Source of the DNA: a virus
Length of the DNA stretch: 64,000 bases
Strand: one strand, 5' to 3'
IMG/VR virus record: IMGVR_UViG_3300032213_001988
Span: 32,001 to 96,000 of that record
Shown here: positions 28,847 through 39,115 of the stretch, piece after piece
Layout: every line of letters begins with the position of its first letter
Numbering within the stretch: the first letter of the stretch is position 1
Notes under the pieces: model-generated
Databases searched by the model: none
What the model was told of the DNA's origin: nothing
Seen by the model: the letters and a program-made list of their open reading frames with translations, nothing else
Position numbers and translations under genes: made by a program

Positions 28847-29983
28847 CTACGCTCCACCAAGCGTGAACGCGTTGATATTCGAGTTCGCTAGTTGGAATCT
28901 TATGTTACCTGAGCAGATAAGAACGGTTTCAGTGGTTCCCGGTGATTCCACGCTTGGTCTAGATGCGTAAAGATCATAAGTACCAGGGTCAACCATCCCT
29001 ATAACACTAAGGGCATTCGCATAGCTGACATTAAATGTAATGTCATACGCTGCCTCATCAATACTTACCGCTCCCTGGTCAGTATCAAGCTGCTTTGTTT
29101 GTCCATAGTTGCGAATAATAAGATTTGGGACCCAGTTGCCTTGCTCAACAAGAAACTCTGCCGCGATGTACTCGAGAGGAACGGTTACAGATCCTCCAGT
29201 TGATTTTACTTCAATATCAAGCTCGCTTGTGCCAAGACGAAGAGGCTTTGGAGTGTAGCGGCGTCCGCGCGGAACATCAGGAGAAAACACACGAGCCTTT
29301 GCTCGTGCCTTGTCCGGGTTTGTGGACTTAAGAAATAGATCTACCATGTAGATACCAGTGCGCATCTCTTCAATGAAGTCCTGGCTGTCTAGAAGCGTGT
29401 AGGATACGCCTTGTCGTGCTATAGATGTGACACGCTGTGGAAGAGCACAGTCATCAGACCCTTCAAAAAGCTTTACAAATTCAATTGCAAGTGTTCGTGC
29501 AGCCATTCTTCCCATAGTAGGAGCATACGTTCCATACGAGTACGTAATTTCTAGGTTACAAGGCGTCCAAGGAATACCTGTGGCAGCTTGAACTGTTGAG
29601 TGATCTACTAGGTAGTACGCTGATGGGTCAAGAATAACTCCGTCGCGACGACGAATCGAGTGAATCTTTGTTACAGGGCGTCCGCGAAGACGAATACGGG
29701 ACTCTGGAGATAAACCGTCAGTTACTCCGCCCTCAAACTCGTCAGCTGGAATGTTAAATACTGCTCCGTCAAGAAGCACCGCTTGATACGTGTTTGTAGA
29801 CGCGCCGTAGCGGAAAATTCTGTTTTGGCAGACGTATCGCTCAGTTACAGTCGTGATTCCGCTGTACTTGCGACCTGACATTGACCAAAGAAGTCCAGAT
29901 GCTGACTTACAAGCTTCATAGGCAAATTCCGAGTCGGCGTAAGGTGTGCCGAGCTCGTCGGGTGTTACCCAAAGGTTACTCAT
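28847..29983 (-). CDS. Head-to-tail adaptor with C-terminal extension
   Basis: ASGLLWSMSGRKY..CALPQRVTSIARQGVS..TGIYMVDLF. Confidence 0.75.
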   Translation of the reverse strand: MSNLWVTPDELGTPYADSEFAYEACKSASGLLWSMSGRKYSGITTVTERYVCQNRIFRYGASTNTYQAVLLDGAVFNIPADEFEGGVTDGLSPESRIRLRGRPVTKIHSIRRRDGVILDPSAYYLVDHSTVQAATGIPWTPCNLEITYSYGTYAPTMGRMAARTLAIEFVKLFEGSDDCALPQRVTSIARQGVSYTLLDSQDFIEEMRTGIYMVDLFLKSTNPDKARAKARVFSPDVPRGRRYTPKPLRLGTSELDIEVKSTGGSVTVPLEYIAAEFLVEQGNWVPNLIIRNYGQTKQLDTDQGAVSIDEAAYDITFNVSYANALSVIGMVDPGTYDLYASRPSVESPGTTETVLICSGNIRFQLANSNINAFTLGGA

Positions 29984-30004
29984 ACCGTCCCTCTTGTCCC
30001 ATTT

Positions 30005-30059
30005 AATAAAAACAGGCGGTGTACCTGTGTATACCTATTACACATCGGCACACCGCCTG
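30005..30059 (-). terminator. Rho-independent terminator after major tail gene
   Basis: caggcggtgt (30013-30022) pairs with acaccgcctg (30050-30059); T-run follows on minus strand. Confidence 0.7.
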
Positions 30060-30070
30060 CTGTACTTAAA

Positions 30071-31117
30071 TTACGCTGTTGGATCCTCGTTTGAAGCAAT
30101 GATAAAGTCGATTGGTAGATCGGCGTTGTAGTCATTGTTTCCTGGGATGTTGTACGCAGACGTTGATCCCTGGCTTGTGAAGTCAGAAACTGCGCGGCTG
30201 TTTGTTGGTACGGTTGCTGCGCCTACAGGTGATACTGCTGTTGAGGCAACGTCTCCTGTTGTCTTAGCGTAGCGGAACTGTGTAGTGCTTGGCACTGCGG
30301 TAATTGTGTAGGTACCGTTTAGTGTTGCATCTACTCCAGTAACTACGACGCTGTCACCAATCTCAAATCCGTGAGCAGCTGATGTCGTAAGTGTTGCAAC
30401 GTTAGTTGTAACTGCCTTATTTGACACAGCAGCCACAAGAGTAGGGTGCCATCTGTAGAAACCATTACGTCCTGTTGGTGCCCATGTTGAACGTGCGTAT
30501 GAGTACGGACGCTCTGTGGCAACTGGGTACTCCCAGCGAGAATCAAGTCCTTCTCCGAACAAAGAGTTTCCAAGGCCGTAACCTTCAAATGTATTTGCAA
30601 GCAAACCATTCTCAATTACACGGTCACCAGATTGGCGAACCTTTACGTATGGGAAGACCCAGTGGAAGTAAGGCAATGTAGATGACTTCTTGCCATCCTT
30701 GATTGCGTGTGACCAGCACTCGATTGCGACACCAGTTGCTGCAGGATCATCTCCTACTGCTGGTGAAGACCAACCGATTGACTTACGGTTTGGTGCTGCG
30801 AATGTTCCGAGGTTCTTGCGAAGCAAGAGACCGCCGGACAAAAGTTGTGTTAGTTCAGGATCTGGCTCACAAATTGCCAGTTCCATTGTGATACGCTTTA
30901 GCGTATCTGGAGACTTGTAAACTACACAGACGGTGCCATCGGCAGCCTTCTCTGTGATTTCGTCTCCTTCTTCATATTCAGGCGTAAACGAAACGCGGAT
31001 GAAAGCTGACGTAGTGTAGCTGTCTCCTGGTGTGTTCAGAAGATTACCGGCCGCATCGAGGCGAGTAACCCGAATGGACACGCCTTGAATACTTGCGGCG
31101 TAATCTTGAGTTGCCAT
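30071..31117 (-). CDS. Major tail protein with C-terminal beta module
   Basis: IRVTRLD..F..VSFTPEYEEGDEI..C..DP.L pattern as in cluster-B-like actinophage tail tubes. Confidence 0.8.
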   Translation of the reverse strand: MATQDYAASIQGVSIRVTRLDAAGNLLNTPGDSYTTSAFIRVSFTPEYEEGDEITEKAADGTVCVVYKSPDTLKRITMELAICEPDPELTQLLSGGLLLRKNLGTFAAPNRKSIGWSSPAVGDDPAATGVAIECWSHAIKDGKKSSTLPYFHWVFPYVKVRQSGDRVIENGLLANTFEGYGLGNSLFGEGLDSRWEYPVATERPYSYARSTWAPTGRNGFYRWHPTLVAAVSNKAVTTNVATLTTSAAHGFEIGDSVVVTGVDATLNGTYTITAVPSTTQFRYAKTTGDVASTAVSPVGAATVPTNSRAVSDFTSQGSTSAYNIPGNNDYNADLPIDFIIASNEDPTA

Positions 31118-31157
31118 GTGTTTCTTTCTCCTTATTTAGCTATCAACGTAGATAATT

Positions 31158-32024
31158 CTACGCTGTTAGATCGATTCTTACTGCGAGGTGAATGGTCGTA
31201 TCAAAATAAACAGCCGCTGGGCGGATTGCCTTGATACGCATATCATTTTGGTTCCCTGCCACGTCGTAGCCTTGAGCTAGCGTGTCAGTAACGACATCGA
31301 CGTCGCCAAGAATTGTCCTGACTTCACCGGTGCCGTACATCCATTTGTTTGTCGCTGACGCCGTTGCGCCTGTCTGTCCTGTAGGCCCGTTTCCACTGTA
31401 GCCAGAACCAAGAATGATCTTAGTTCCGCTGACTGTCTGAAGGTGGCCTTTTTCTTTATTATCAAAGATCATGTAGTTAGCTGATAGAAGACCAGCAACG
31501 TCCTTTGTCATGTGAATGACACCATTTTCTCCACAAGGAGAGGTATCTGCTAGTTCATAGTCAAGTAGGGCAAGCGCACGTACAGCTGACAGCGCTGTGG
31601 TGCCGTTAAGAAGTGTCGCAGTTGAGTCACTAAGTGCTTTATTTGCGTGGCTTCTACCTTTTCTAACTCCGCCATCCCAGAGCTCGCGCTCCATTGCCTT
31701 CTGTGTTATACCGTCAAGCTGACGCTTAACTCGTTCTATGTAATCAATGCCGTTAGCATCTAGTGTTGAGCGGTAATCTTCAGCTTCAATAAAAAATGGT
31801 TTAATTTCAGTGTATCGCACAGGTGTTGCATCTGAGGCAATAGTGATAAGCGTTGTGTCTGTGTCGTCGATATTCTTTGCAGAATAGATGTCAGTGTTCC
31901 ACTCCTGTGAGAATCCTCTGATCCATTGATCCTCGCTTGAACGAGTGTCAGGCTTTGCTACGGTGAATAGACCGAACTCCGAAGGTGTAATCTTCGGTGC
32001 TTCGAAAACTCCTCTAAAAGCCAT
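31158..32024 (-). CDS. Capsid-associated (minor capsid/decoration) protein
   Basis: Immediately downstream of MCP; MERELW motif. Confidence 0.6.
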   Translation of the reverse strand: MAFRGVFEAPKITPSEFGLFTVAKPDTRSSEDQWIRGFSQEWNTDIYSAKNIDDTDTTLITIASDATPVRYTEIKPFFIEAEDYRSTLDANGIDYIERVKRQLDGITQKAMERELWDGGVRKGRSHANKALSDSTATLLNGTTALSAVRALALLDYELADTSPCGENGVIHMTKDVAGLLSANYMIFDNKEKGHLQTVSGTKIILGSGYSGNGPTGQTGATASATNKWMYGTGEVRTILGDVDVVTDTLAQGYDVAGNQNDMRIKAIRPAAVYFDTTIHLAVRIDLTA

Positions 32025-32065
32025 CTTTACTTCCTAATCTAAAAGTTTGTTTGATTATTTGTATC

Positions 32066-32091
32066 GGAGGGGCCCGTTTCCGAGCCCCTCC
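32066..32091. terminator. GC-rich hairpin after MCP
   Basis: ggaggggc / gcccctcc. Confidence 0.55.
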
Positions 32092-32115
32092 TCAACATTA
32101 GTACTTGGTTACGGC

Positions 32116-34134
32116 TTAGTACTCAATCGCCGCTGCTGTTGCGCCACCTGTTGTATCACGGAGGGCTGCTGCCACGCCGTTTACGTTGATGGTGCTTGTG
32201 ATCTGAAGTGATTCTACTCCGACGAACGCGACACCTTCGAAGGTTTCAACGAACATCTTGTAGTCGTTTGTGCCAACAAGTGTTGAGTCACGAACGATAC
32301 CGAGATCCAAAGTACCGCCATCAAGGAACAAGAATGAACCTTCTGCGAATAGGTACCATGCGAATGAATCTGGGAACTCCAGCATCGCTGCTGCGCTTTG
32401 TGAACCAAACACTGTTGCATCCAGAGAAGTACATAGGTTTACGCCGCGTGATGCTGCGTAGCCGTCGATTTCTGCGTATGCGTTAAGTGTGTTGTCGCCA
32501 GGCATTGCGATGGTTAGATCTGCTGCCATTGCGTCCTTGACCCAGCCAGGAATGATTGCGCGAAGTGGCGCATCAGTCTCTAGACGGTGACGTGAACGGT
32601 AAGCTGCTGCTGCGCGGCCCATTTGAACCAAGAAGTCGCGACCAAATCCGATTAAGGATGTTGATGTGATTGCTGTTGAAGCAGCACCGATCTTGCTCAT
32701 TAGGTATTGCTCAGCTTCGCGTGCGTGCTGGATTAGACCAAGCTCGTTGTGACGAGCGATCAATTCAGGGTATGCACGTGTTGCAAGGTTACCGAACTGC
32801 ATTTGTAGAGTTACAGCGTCAGTTGCGACGGTAGTCTCTGCTGCTGCAGCAACTGTCAAGCTAAGCTTGGTGTCAGTTCCTGGGTTTGTGTCAACTGCGT
32901 TTGTCCAAACACCAACAGCGTTAGCATATGAGCTAAGTACTGGTGGGGTTACGAAGCGGATACCGCCACGGTTAGCTTGGAACTTAGGTAGGCAGTCACG
33001 TACTGGACGAGCGGTTGTTCCGATACCAAAGATATCGTACTTAACTTCGAATGGCGCTGCGTGTCCACCTGAAGCAACAAGTGCTTCTGGGCTTGTTACA
33101 GCGTTGATTTTTGCCCAGTTTGATTCTGCATCATTTGTTAATGTGCGCTCTTCTGGGAAAGTGGTAGAGAATGAGGCAACAATGTGTTGCTCTCCGTTTC
33201 CACCGTTTACGTTACGGAATCCATGAAGACGCTTTGCCATAAGGCCAGCTACTTCTGTCATGTCCTTAATTTCGCTGCCGGCTGAGTAGCCAGGAATGTC
33301 AGCACCCGCTGTGATTGCCACGGCGGCTACTGAAGCCTGAGCTACTGGGCGACGGTCAGCTGGAACTTCAATGTTTGAAGTTTCTTCTGATGATACTGCG
33401 GCGGTCACTGGTGCCTCCTGCTCCTTCTGCTCAATAACTTGAGCTGTTTCTGTTGTTGTTGATGCTTCAGCCTCAGGAGTAGCTTCAACTACAGCCTCGG
33501 CAACTGGTGCCTCGTCTGCTGCTGCAGTTACAGCAGGAGCTTCTTCAGCAACTGCTTCTACCTTAGCTTCTTCGGCAGCGAATTCCGCAGGTGCGGCTTC
33601 TTCTGCCTTAACTTCTGTTACGGCTGCTTCTGCTACAGGTTCTGTTGCAGGTGCAGCTTCTACAGCTACCTCGGTAGCTGGTGTTGCTTCGACTACTGTC
33701 TCAGCGATTGTGTCGTCGGTCGATAGTTCCGAACCAGTTTCCACAGCAGTTGACGCTTCAGCCATCGGCTCTTTGTCTGCTGGCTTTTCCTCTTCCATAG
33801 CAGGAACAGCAGGAGCTTCTTCAGCTTCTTTGTCCTCTTCCATAGGTTCGGCTTCGCCTTCAGCCTTTGGAGCATCTTCAGCTTCACCCTTGACGCGCAT
33901 TGCAGCCTCTGCGGCACGTGCAGCAAGTTCTTCAACCTGTGCTTCGCGACGCTTTGCTTCATTGCGTACTGTGTCAAGCATGTCAGCTAGTGATGTCATC
34001 GCATCTACTGTCTGGGGAGTTGGATCTTCCTTTTCAACCGTCTCAAATTCGCCGACAATAGCACTTTGAAGCTCAGCGAGTTGATCCTCGTTAAGCTCAG
34101 TTAGTGTATCTAGCATTTCTTTAATACGGTCCAC
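32116..34134 (-). CDS. Major capsid protein with long acidic N-terminal scaffold region
   Basis: GGAGGAGG RBS, GTG start; LVASGG..P.EV.YD..RGGIRF..FLFLDGGTLDLG.VRDS. Confidence 0.85.
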   Translation of the reverse strand: MDRIKEMLDTLTELNEDQLAELQSAIVGEFETVEKEDPTPQTVDAMTSLADMLDTVRNEAKRREAQVEELAARAAEAAMRVKGEAEDAPKAEGEAEPMEEDKEAEEAPAVPAMEEEKPADKEPMAEASTAVETGSELSTDDTIAETVVEATPATEVAVEAAPATEPVAEAAVTEVKAEEAAPAEFAAEEAKVEAVAEEAPAVTAAADEAPVAEAVVEATPEAEASTTTETAQVIEQKEQEAPVTAAVSSEETSNIEVPADRRPVAQASVAAVAITAGADIPGYSAGSEIKDMTEVAGLMAKRLHGFRNVNGGNGEQHIVASFSTTFPEERTLTNDAESNWAKINAVTSPEALVASGGHAAPFEVKYDIFGIGTTARPVRDCLPKFQANRGGIRFVTPPVLSSYANAVGVWTNAVDTNPGTDTKLSLTVAAAAETTVATDAVTLQMQFGNLATRAYPELIARHNELGLIQHAREAEQYLMSKIGAASTAITSTSLIGFGRDFLVQMGRAAAAYRSRHRLETDAPLRAIIPGWVKDAMAADLTIAMPGDNTLNAYAEIDGYAASRGVNLCTSLDATVFGSQSAAAMLEFPDSFAWYLFAEGSFLFLDGGTLDLGIVRDSTLVGTNDYKMFVETFEGVAFVGVESLQITSTINVNGVAAALRDTTGGATAAAIEY

Positions 34135-34245
34135 TACTGTCCCTCCTCCGGGCCAGTCACGACGAACGAGATATTCTCATTCGTCTCGTTGATCAGTCCA
34201 AGGCTGAGGGACTCCGCTGCAATAGCGTGGAGGCACTCCACCCGA
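34135..34245 (-). promoter_or_regulatory. Structured leader of MCP gene (several hairpins)
   Basis: GTGGAG/CTCCAC, CGCT/AGCG, AGTCC/GGACT, AACGAGA/TCTCGTT. Confidence 0.4.
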
Positions 34246-34267
34246 ATTGAATAATATATTACTTTTA

Positions 34268-37200
34268 TTAGGTTAATAGTCGAAGCATCTTACTTAACTC
34301 AGAGCTTATTTGGCTCTGGTTAAGGAAATCTCCTCCGGCCATATAGGAGCGTAGTCCTTCGGTAGCGACGTCCGCATCCTTTTTACCGATCTTAGTCTCC
34401 ACCCTCGTAATCATGTCATCGACAAGGTCACGTAGGGCAGGAGGTAGATCGCTAAATCTTACCTTTGTAGCTTCCGCTCCAAAAGGTAAAGGTAGATTGG
34501 CGATTGTCTCGCCTAGAGCACGTGCGCTCTCACGCACGTTAGTTAGAGCCTGTGGGTTAAGAGCTCCTGAGTCAATACGGTCAATGAGTCCGATAACATC
34601 TGTTGCAGAGCGAGCAGCCTCGATGTAGTCACCGGAGTTGCCTAGTCCTTCAGCCTCATTAACCTTGTCAAGAACGTTTTGTAGACCAGAATCGCCAATA
34701 TCCTGCTTTAGTCGAGCAAGAACTGTGCGAAACTTACCTTTAGCATCACGCGGTTGAGTCTTGCCAGATACGTATTTAGCCTCTGGCTCGGCAGTCTCAA
34801 CCGCTAATGCTTTTCCCAGGTCTTGGGACTCCTCGTTGTTGTAAGAAACCTCGCTCGTATGGCACCTAGGGCACGTGCAACCTTGCATACAACCGCACGG
34901 TTGTCCTACGCACCCTGGACAGATGCAACCGAAGTCCTTGCACATTCCGCATTCATCCATTGCAGCCTCTGTTGAAGCTGTAAGTGCAGGAATACGTGAA
35001 CGAAGACCTTCAACTGCAAAGGTAATCTCGTCTGAGGACATTGCCTTCCACTTTTCAGGGATGAGATCGGCACGGTCAAGAACGCGAGCGCGCTTCATGA
35101 TGTGACGACGGATTGCAGCACGCTTTGAAGCCTTGCCACGTCCGTAGGCTTGGATTGAATCCTTTAATGAATCAATGTTGGTAATTGGATAGGATCCGTC
35201 TGGTAGAGCCTTGCCTTCCTTGGCAAGCTTCTGACGTACCTCGCGTGAGATGTATCCGAATCCATCCTCGTAGTCTTCTGTTGGAAGAACACGAGATGAA
35301 AGCTCAGTTATTTGAGCTTGAAGCTCTGACCTTCTTTTTGCACGAATATCGGCAAAACGCAGGCGAGCGTCGTCAGCTTTGATTGAAAGCTCTGTTAGTT
35401 CTAACTGCTCAAGTTTTTGTACACGAGCAGCAAGTTCTGACACAGGGTCACTCTTCATCTTAGCCAGAGTGCTTGCGCCAGCGGCAACAAGTGCCATAAC
35501 CTGTCCTGATGCGACTCGGGCACGAGCAATAGGGAACCCAGGAACATTTACCTGGCAAACCGCTACTAGCTCAAGAGCACCCTTAATTGGGCGCCAGTCT
35601 CCTGAAGGAGCTGATGCGCGAAGGGCACGGATTTGCTCCGGAGTTGCGCTAGGGCGTAGTGCTCCAGCAACCCAGATGCCATAAGCATCTTCTCCAGCGT
35701 GAACATCTGATACAGCAGATCCTGTGTCGTCATAGTGACGAGCAGCTGCTGCGGCGCTTGCCTCAAGTGATGCGTGACCACCGGCAAGTGTTAGTTGACC
35801 TACAGGAACATCGGTTCCGTCGTCAGTGCGAACTACTCCTGTGTGGAAGTAGGCGTATTTGCTCTTTGAGCGTGGTGGCTTGGTTCCATATGCTAGGCCA
35901 ATGTGATCTACATGCCATGCAGCAATGTGACCAAACACCTGACCTTCATCCGTAACTGTAAGTGGTGTTGCCTTCTTAAGTTCTGGATTTACAAACCAGC
36001 TCTTTGGTGGGGTGACGGGGATTGCTCCAGCAACGAAACCGCATGCGACTAGCGACGCTGCTTCTGCCGGATCCACATCTTCCACATAGACTCCGTCAGG
36101 AATCACATCATCCTCCTGTATCTCATTTTCTTCCTCAACGAGGAAAATCTTGCATTCTTGGAATGCAGGCTTAGGCACCATAGTAACTCCCATAACGCGT
36201 GCCTTAGTAATGTCCATTTTACCATTACCAACTTTACCTGGCTTATCTTCTCCAGCCTTTAGTTCTTCTTCTTGTGCTTCAAACATATCCATGTCGGCTG
36301 AAACTCCACGGATAAAACCTTCGCGAACTAGACGTTCGGCTTCCTTACCATATTCACCAGTATCAAACACGCCCTTTGCGTTTCCAATACCTTGCTCAAC
36401 GCGTTCCATAGTCTCAATGCGGCCTACGACTACAGAGCCCATGTGACCTTCGCCAGTCTTGATCTGCCACATCAAAGGAAGAGGTAGCTCGCGTAGGTTA
36501 ATTGAATCTTTTCTAAACTTGCGGCCATCGCCTGACTCAATTCCTTCAGGTATAACAAGAGGAATGGTAAACTTTGCGCCTGGTGTTTCGTGCCCTGTTG
36601 CAACTAGGCCCATACGAGATCGAGCCTCATTTGCACGAGCAGATAGAGCTGCTTTTTCAATCATCTCTTCAGAGCTTACAACAACATCGGTGCTAAATGA
36701 GTTGCGGCCTTTTCCTTTTCTACCATAAAGTTGACGATGTTCCTTGTCGCCTGTCCACATTCCGGTCATTTCCTTATGACGGAGTGAGCAGTATCCTTTT
36801 GCGCGTGGACCCATGTACTTTGAAAGTTGACGTACACAACGTGTCCAGTCGCCTCCAGTGTTCCAGCGAATCTTCATTCCACCCTTGCCAATAGTCCAAT
36901 AACGACGTAAGGCTTCAGCGTTTCCACGATTACGGTCAAGGCCACCAGCTGCAGTTAACGTTGGCCCCCATAGAACAGTAAGAATGTGGTCTACATCTTC
37001 AGAGACGTAGATAGACGCTGTGACCGTGTTTGTGTCAATCTGTGTTAATACGTCCTGCAGCGTCTCGCTATCAAGAGGTACAACTGGCGGAGGTGTCGCC
37101 GAGTTAAGATCTGAGATGATGCCTTCATCACGAACCCACTCTGCCTCAACTCGCTTGTAAGCCATTGGAAGATTTGATTTAGAGCTAGCAGGAACTAGTG

Positions 37201-39115
37201 CAATTAGATCCATCACAGCGCGAGGATCATCTGGAGAAACAAGAGCCATGAACAACGGCTGAACGTCAGAGTTATCCGGTGTTAGTTCAACAGCAGCGGC
37301 TGAGGACATCATTCCTGATGCTCTAGTCACTGGCTGATACCAAAGACGATTTGGATAGGTAGTCTCACCAGTTTTCTTGTTTACAATTTTTTTATTTAAC
37401 CACGACTTAAGAAGAGGGTGATCATACGCATCAAGAGTAAGCGTTTTGCCTGTCATCTTTAGGATGTCAGCGCCCTTAGTGCCAGAGATGTCAGGTGTAC
37501 CAGCTCTATCAAGAGGAGTTGCACCTGCTGGAGCCTTGGTTGGAGTCTGCGTAGATGGTTTTGGCGCTCCTGGGACTGTTGTTCCTGGTTGCGCAGTAAT
37601 AGAAGAGCCTGGAGCTACTGGCGCAGGTGTATTTAACGGCTTAAACTGATCTCGTTGCGATTTAACCCAGGCTGGCCAGTTATTAACAATCTCCGACATG
37701 TCACTTGGGCGTAGCGCAGGTAAAGTTCCAGGGATTTGAACGTTTGGACGGTCAATCGGTGTACGTGGTTGCGCAAGTATCCCTGTAGTGTCAAAAGCAG
37801 GAGTGTCAACAGTCTCTCTTGAGATCGCGCCGATGTACTTGTCAACCTTTTCAGTTGATTGCGCTGGCACATCAGCGGTTGTTCCATTATCAAATTGAAT
37901 CTTAACTGTATTAGCGTCAGGGTTAATCGCACGGATTGTTCCGACGCCATTTTGGACGTCACCTCCGACAACAACACGAGATCCTTGCGACGCAAACCGA
38001 CCTGACGCATCACGAACTTGACGCGCTGCGTTCTTAGCGCGCTCCTCGGGTGAGTACTGGCCATCTCCTTCAGCAGGAGCTGCTACAGGAGCAGGTGCTG
38101 CTACCATTGCGCTGTCAACATAATCCCAGTCGACTTCATTCATTGCACGTGCGACTAGGTGAGCCTCGTCGTAGTCAATGTCTTCAACAGAAACGTATCT
38201 GTCAGGGTTTTGCTGTAGTCGTGCTGAGATAATTATTGCAGAGTCTGGGTCAATTACAACGTGCGACTTCTCAACGTAGTCATCTACGTCATCAAGCTCA
38301 CTGTCGTATAGATAAACATCTCCGTTGTATAAGCCTAAGTCGTCCCAGCCTAAACCGTCCCAGACATAAACGCTGCTATCAAAATCAATCTTGTAAAGGC
38401 GGTCCATGCCGGTGCCGTCAAGTCGTACTCGAGCAAGAAACTCTGGTGCAGTCATTGCTGGCTTCTCTAGAGCTTCTTTAAATGCGTCTAAGTCAGAGGT
38501 GTAAAGACGCGGTGCGTCATACTCGCTAATATCCTGTTGATGACCAGGAAGAATATAGCCATCAGCAGTTAGAGATTTTTTGTTTTCGCGTTCTACGATT
38601 GCTTGCGCCCATCGCCATCCCGCGTCGCCGCCCCAGAGAGCCCACGCAATACGCCCACGAGAAGGAAAGCCCTTTTCACCTGGCTGGTATCCTTGCGCCT
38701 TCTTATCAATCTCATGACGAGGAAAATACTTCGCAATATGACGGACCTTTTCGATCCCGATCTGCCCTCCCTTAGCAAGAGTGCGCGCGGTGTTGAGCCC
38801 AACTGGTGTACCTCCTCGCTTATGTTCTTTTCTCCATTCAATACCTTTTTTAGCTTCAACCTGAACTCCGCGAGGAATCGTGTACATACGTCCTGACGCA
38901 ACGATAACCTTAATTTCTAGGTCTGCTAAAGCACCTTGTGCAAGATCAAACATTGCCTGAGGAATATCGTCAGAGCAAGGCGTCCAGCTGCTAGATGAAA
39001 ACATCTGCTCTGCGTTACCAGTCTCGATGACAAGGTTAACGTTCTTGTCTATTACGACAGCGTTATCTCCACTTTGGAATAAAACTAGTGAGTCATTAAC
39101 TCCAAGTATATTCAC
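34268..39115 (-). CDS. Multidomain capsid maturation protease polyprotein
   Basis: ESGDGRKF..LPLPLMWQ..GH..VVGRI..RGVSAD protease core; FGHIAAW..HYD..GIWVAG; KALPDGSYPI (DUF6582-like); Cys-rich segment. Confidence 0.8.
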   Translation of the reverse strand: MNILGVNDSLVLFQSGDNAVVIDKNVNLVIETGNAEQMFSSSSWTPCSDDIPQAMFDLAQGALADLEIKVIVASGRMYTIPRGVQVEAKKGIEWRKEHKRGGTPVGLNTARTLAKGGQIGIEKVRHIAKYFPRHEIDKKAQGYQPGEKGFPSRGRIAWALWGGDAGWRWAQAIVERENKKSLTADGYILPGHQQDISEYDAPRLYTSDLDAFKEALEKPAMTAPEFLARVRLDGTGMDRLYKIDFDSSVYVWDGLGWDDLGLYNGDVYLYDSELDDVDDYVEKSHVVIDPDSAIIISARLQQNPDRYVSVEDIDYDEAHLVARAMNEVDWDYVDSAMVAAPAPVAAPAEGDGQYSPEERAKNAARQVRDASGRFASQGSRVVVGGDVQNGVGTIRAINPDANTVKIQFDNGTTADVPAQSTEKVDKYIGAISRETVDTPAFDTTGILAQPRTPIDRPNVQIPGTLPALRPSDMSEIVNNWPAWVKSQRDQFKPLNTPAPVAPGSSITAQPGTTVPGAPKPSTQTPTKAPAGATPLDRAGTPDISGTKGADILKMTGKTLTLDAYDHPLLKSWLNKKIVNKKTGETTYPNRLWYQPVTRASGMMSSAAAVELTPDNSDVQPLFMALVSPDDPRAVMDLIALVPASSKSNLPMAYKRVEAEWVRDEGIISDLNSATPPPVVPLDSETLQDVLTQIDTNTVTASIYVSEDVDHILTVLWGPTLTAAGGLDRNRGNAEALRRYWTIGKGGMKIRWNTGGDWTRCVRQLSKYMGPRAKGYCSLRHKEMTGMWTGDKEHRQLYGRKGKGRNSFSTDVVVSSEEMIEKAALSARANEARSRMGLVATGHETPGAKFTIPLVIPEGIESGDGRKFRKDSINLRELPLPLMWQIKTGEGHMGSVVVGRIETMERVEQGIGNAKGVFDTGEYGKEAERLVREGFIRGVSADMDMFEAQEEELKAGEDKPGKVGNGKMDITKARVMGVTMVPKPAFQECKIFLVEEENEIQEDDVIPDGVYVEDVDPAEAASLVACGFVAGAIPVTPPKSWFVNPELKKATPLTVTDEGQVFGHIAAWHVDHIGLAYGTKPPRSKSKYAYFHTGVVRTDDGTDVPVGQLTLAGGHASLEASAAAAARHYDDTGSAVSDVHAGEDAYGIWVAGALRPSATPEQIRALRASAPSGDWRPIKGALELVAVCQVNVPGFPIARARVASGQVMALVAAGASTLAKMKSDPVSELAARVQKLEQLELTELSIKADDARLRFADIRAKRRSELQAQITELSSRVLPTEDYEDGFGYISREVRQKLAKEGKALPDGSYPITNIDSLKDSIQAYGRGKASKRAAIRRHIMKRARVLDRADLIPEKWKAMSSDEITFAVEGLRSRIPALTASTEAAMDECGMCKDFGCICPGCVGQPCGCMQGCTCPRCHTSEVSYNNEESQDLGKALAVETAEPEAKYVSGKTQPRDAKGKFRTVLARLKQDIGDSGLQNVLDKVNEAEGLGNSGDYIEAARSATDVIGLIDRIDSGALNPQALTNVRESARALGETIANLPLPFGAEATKVRFSDLPPALRDLVDDMITRVETKIGKKDADVATEGLRSYMAGGDFLNQSQISSELSKMLRLLT

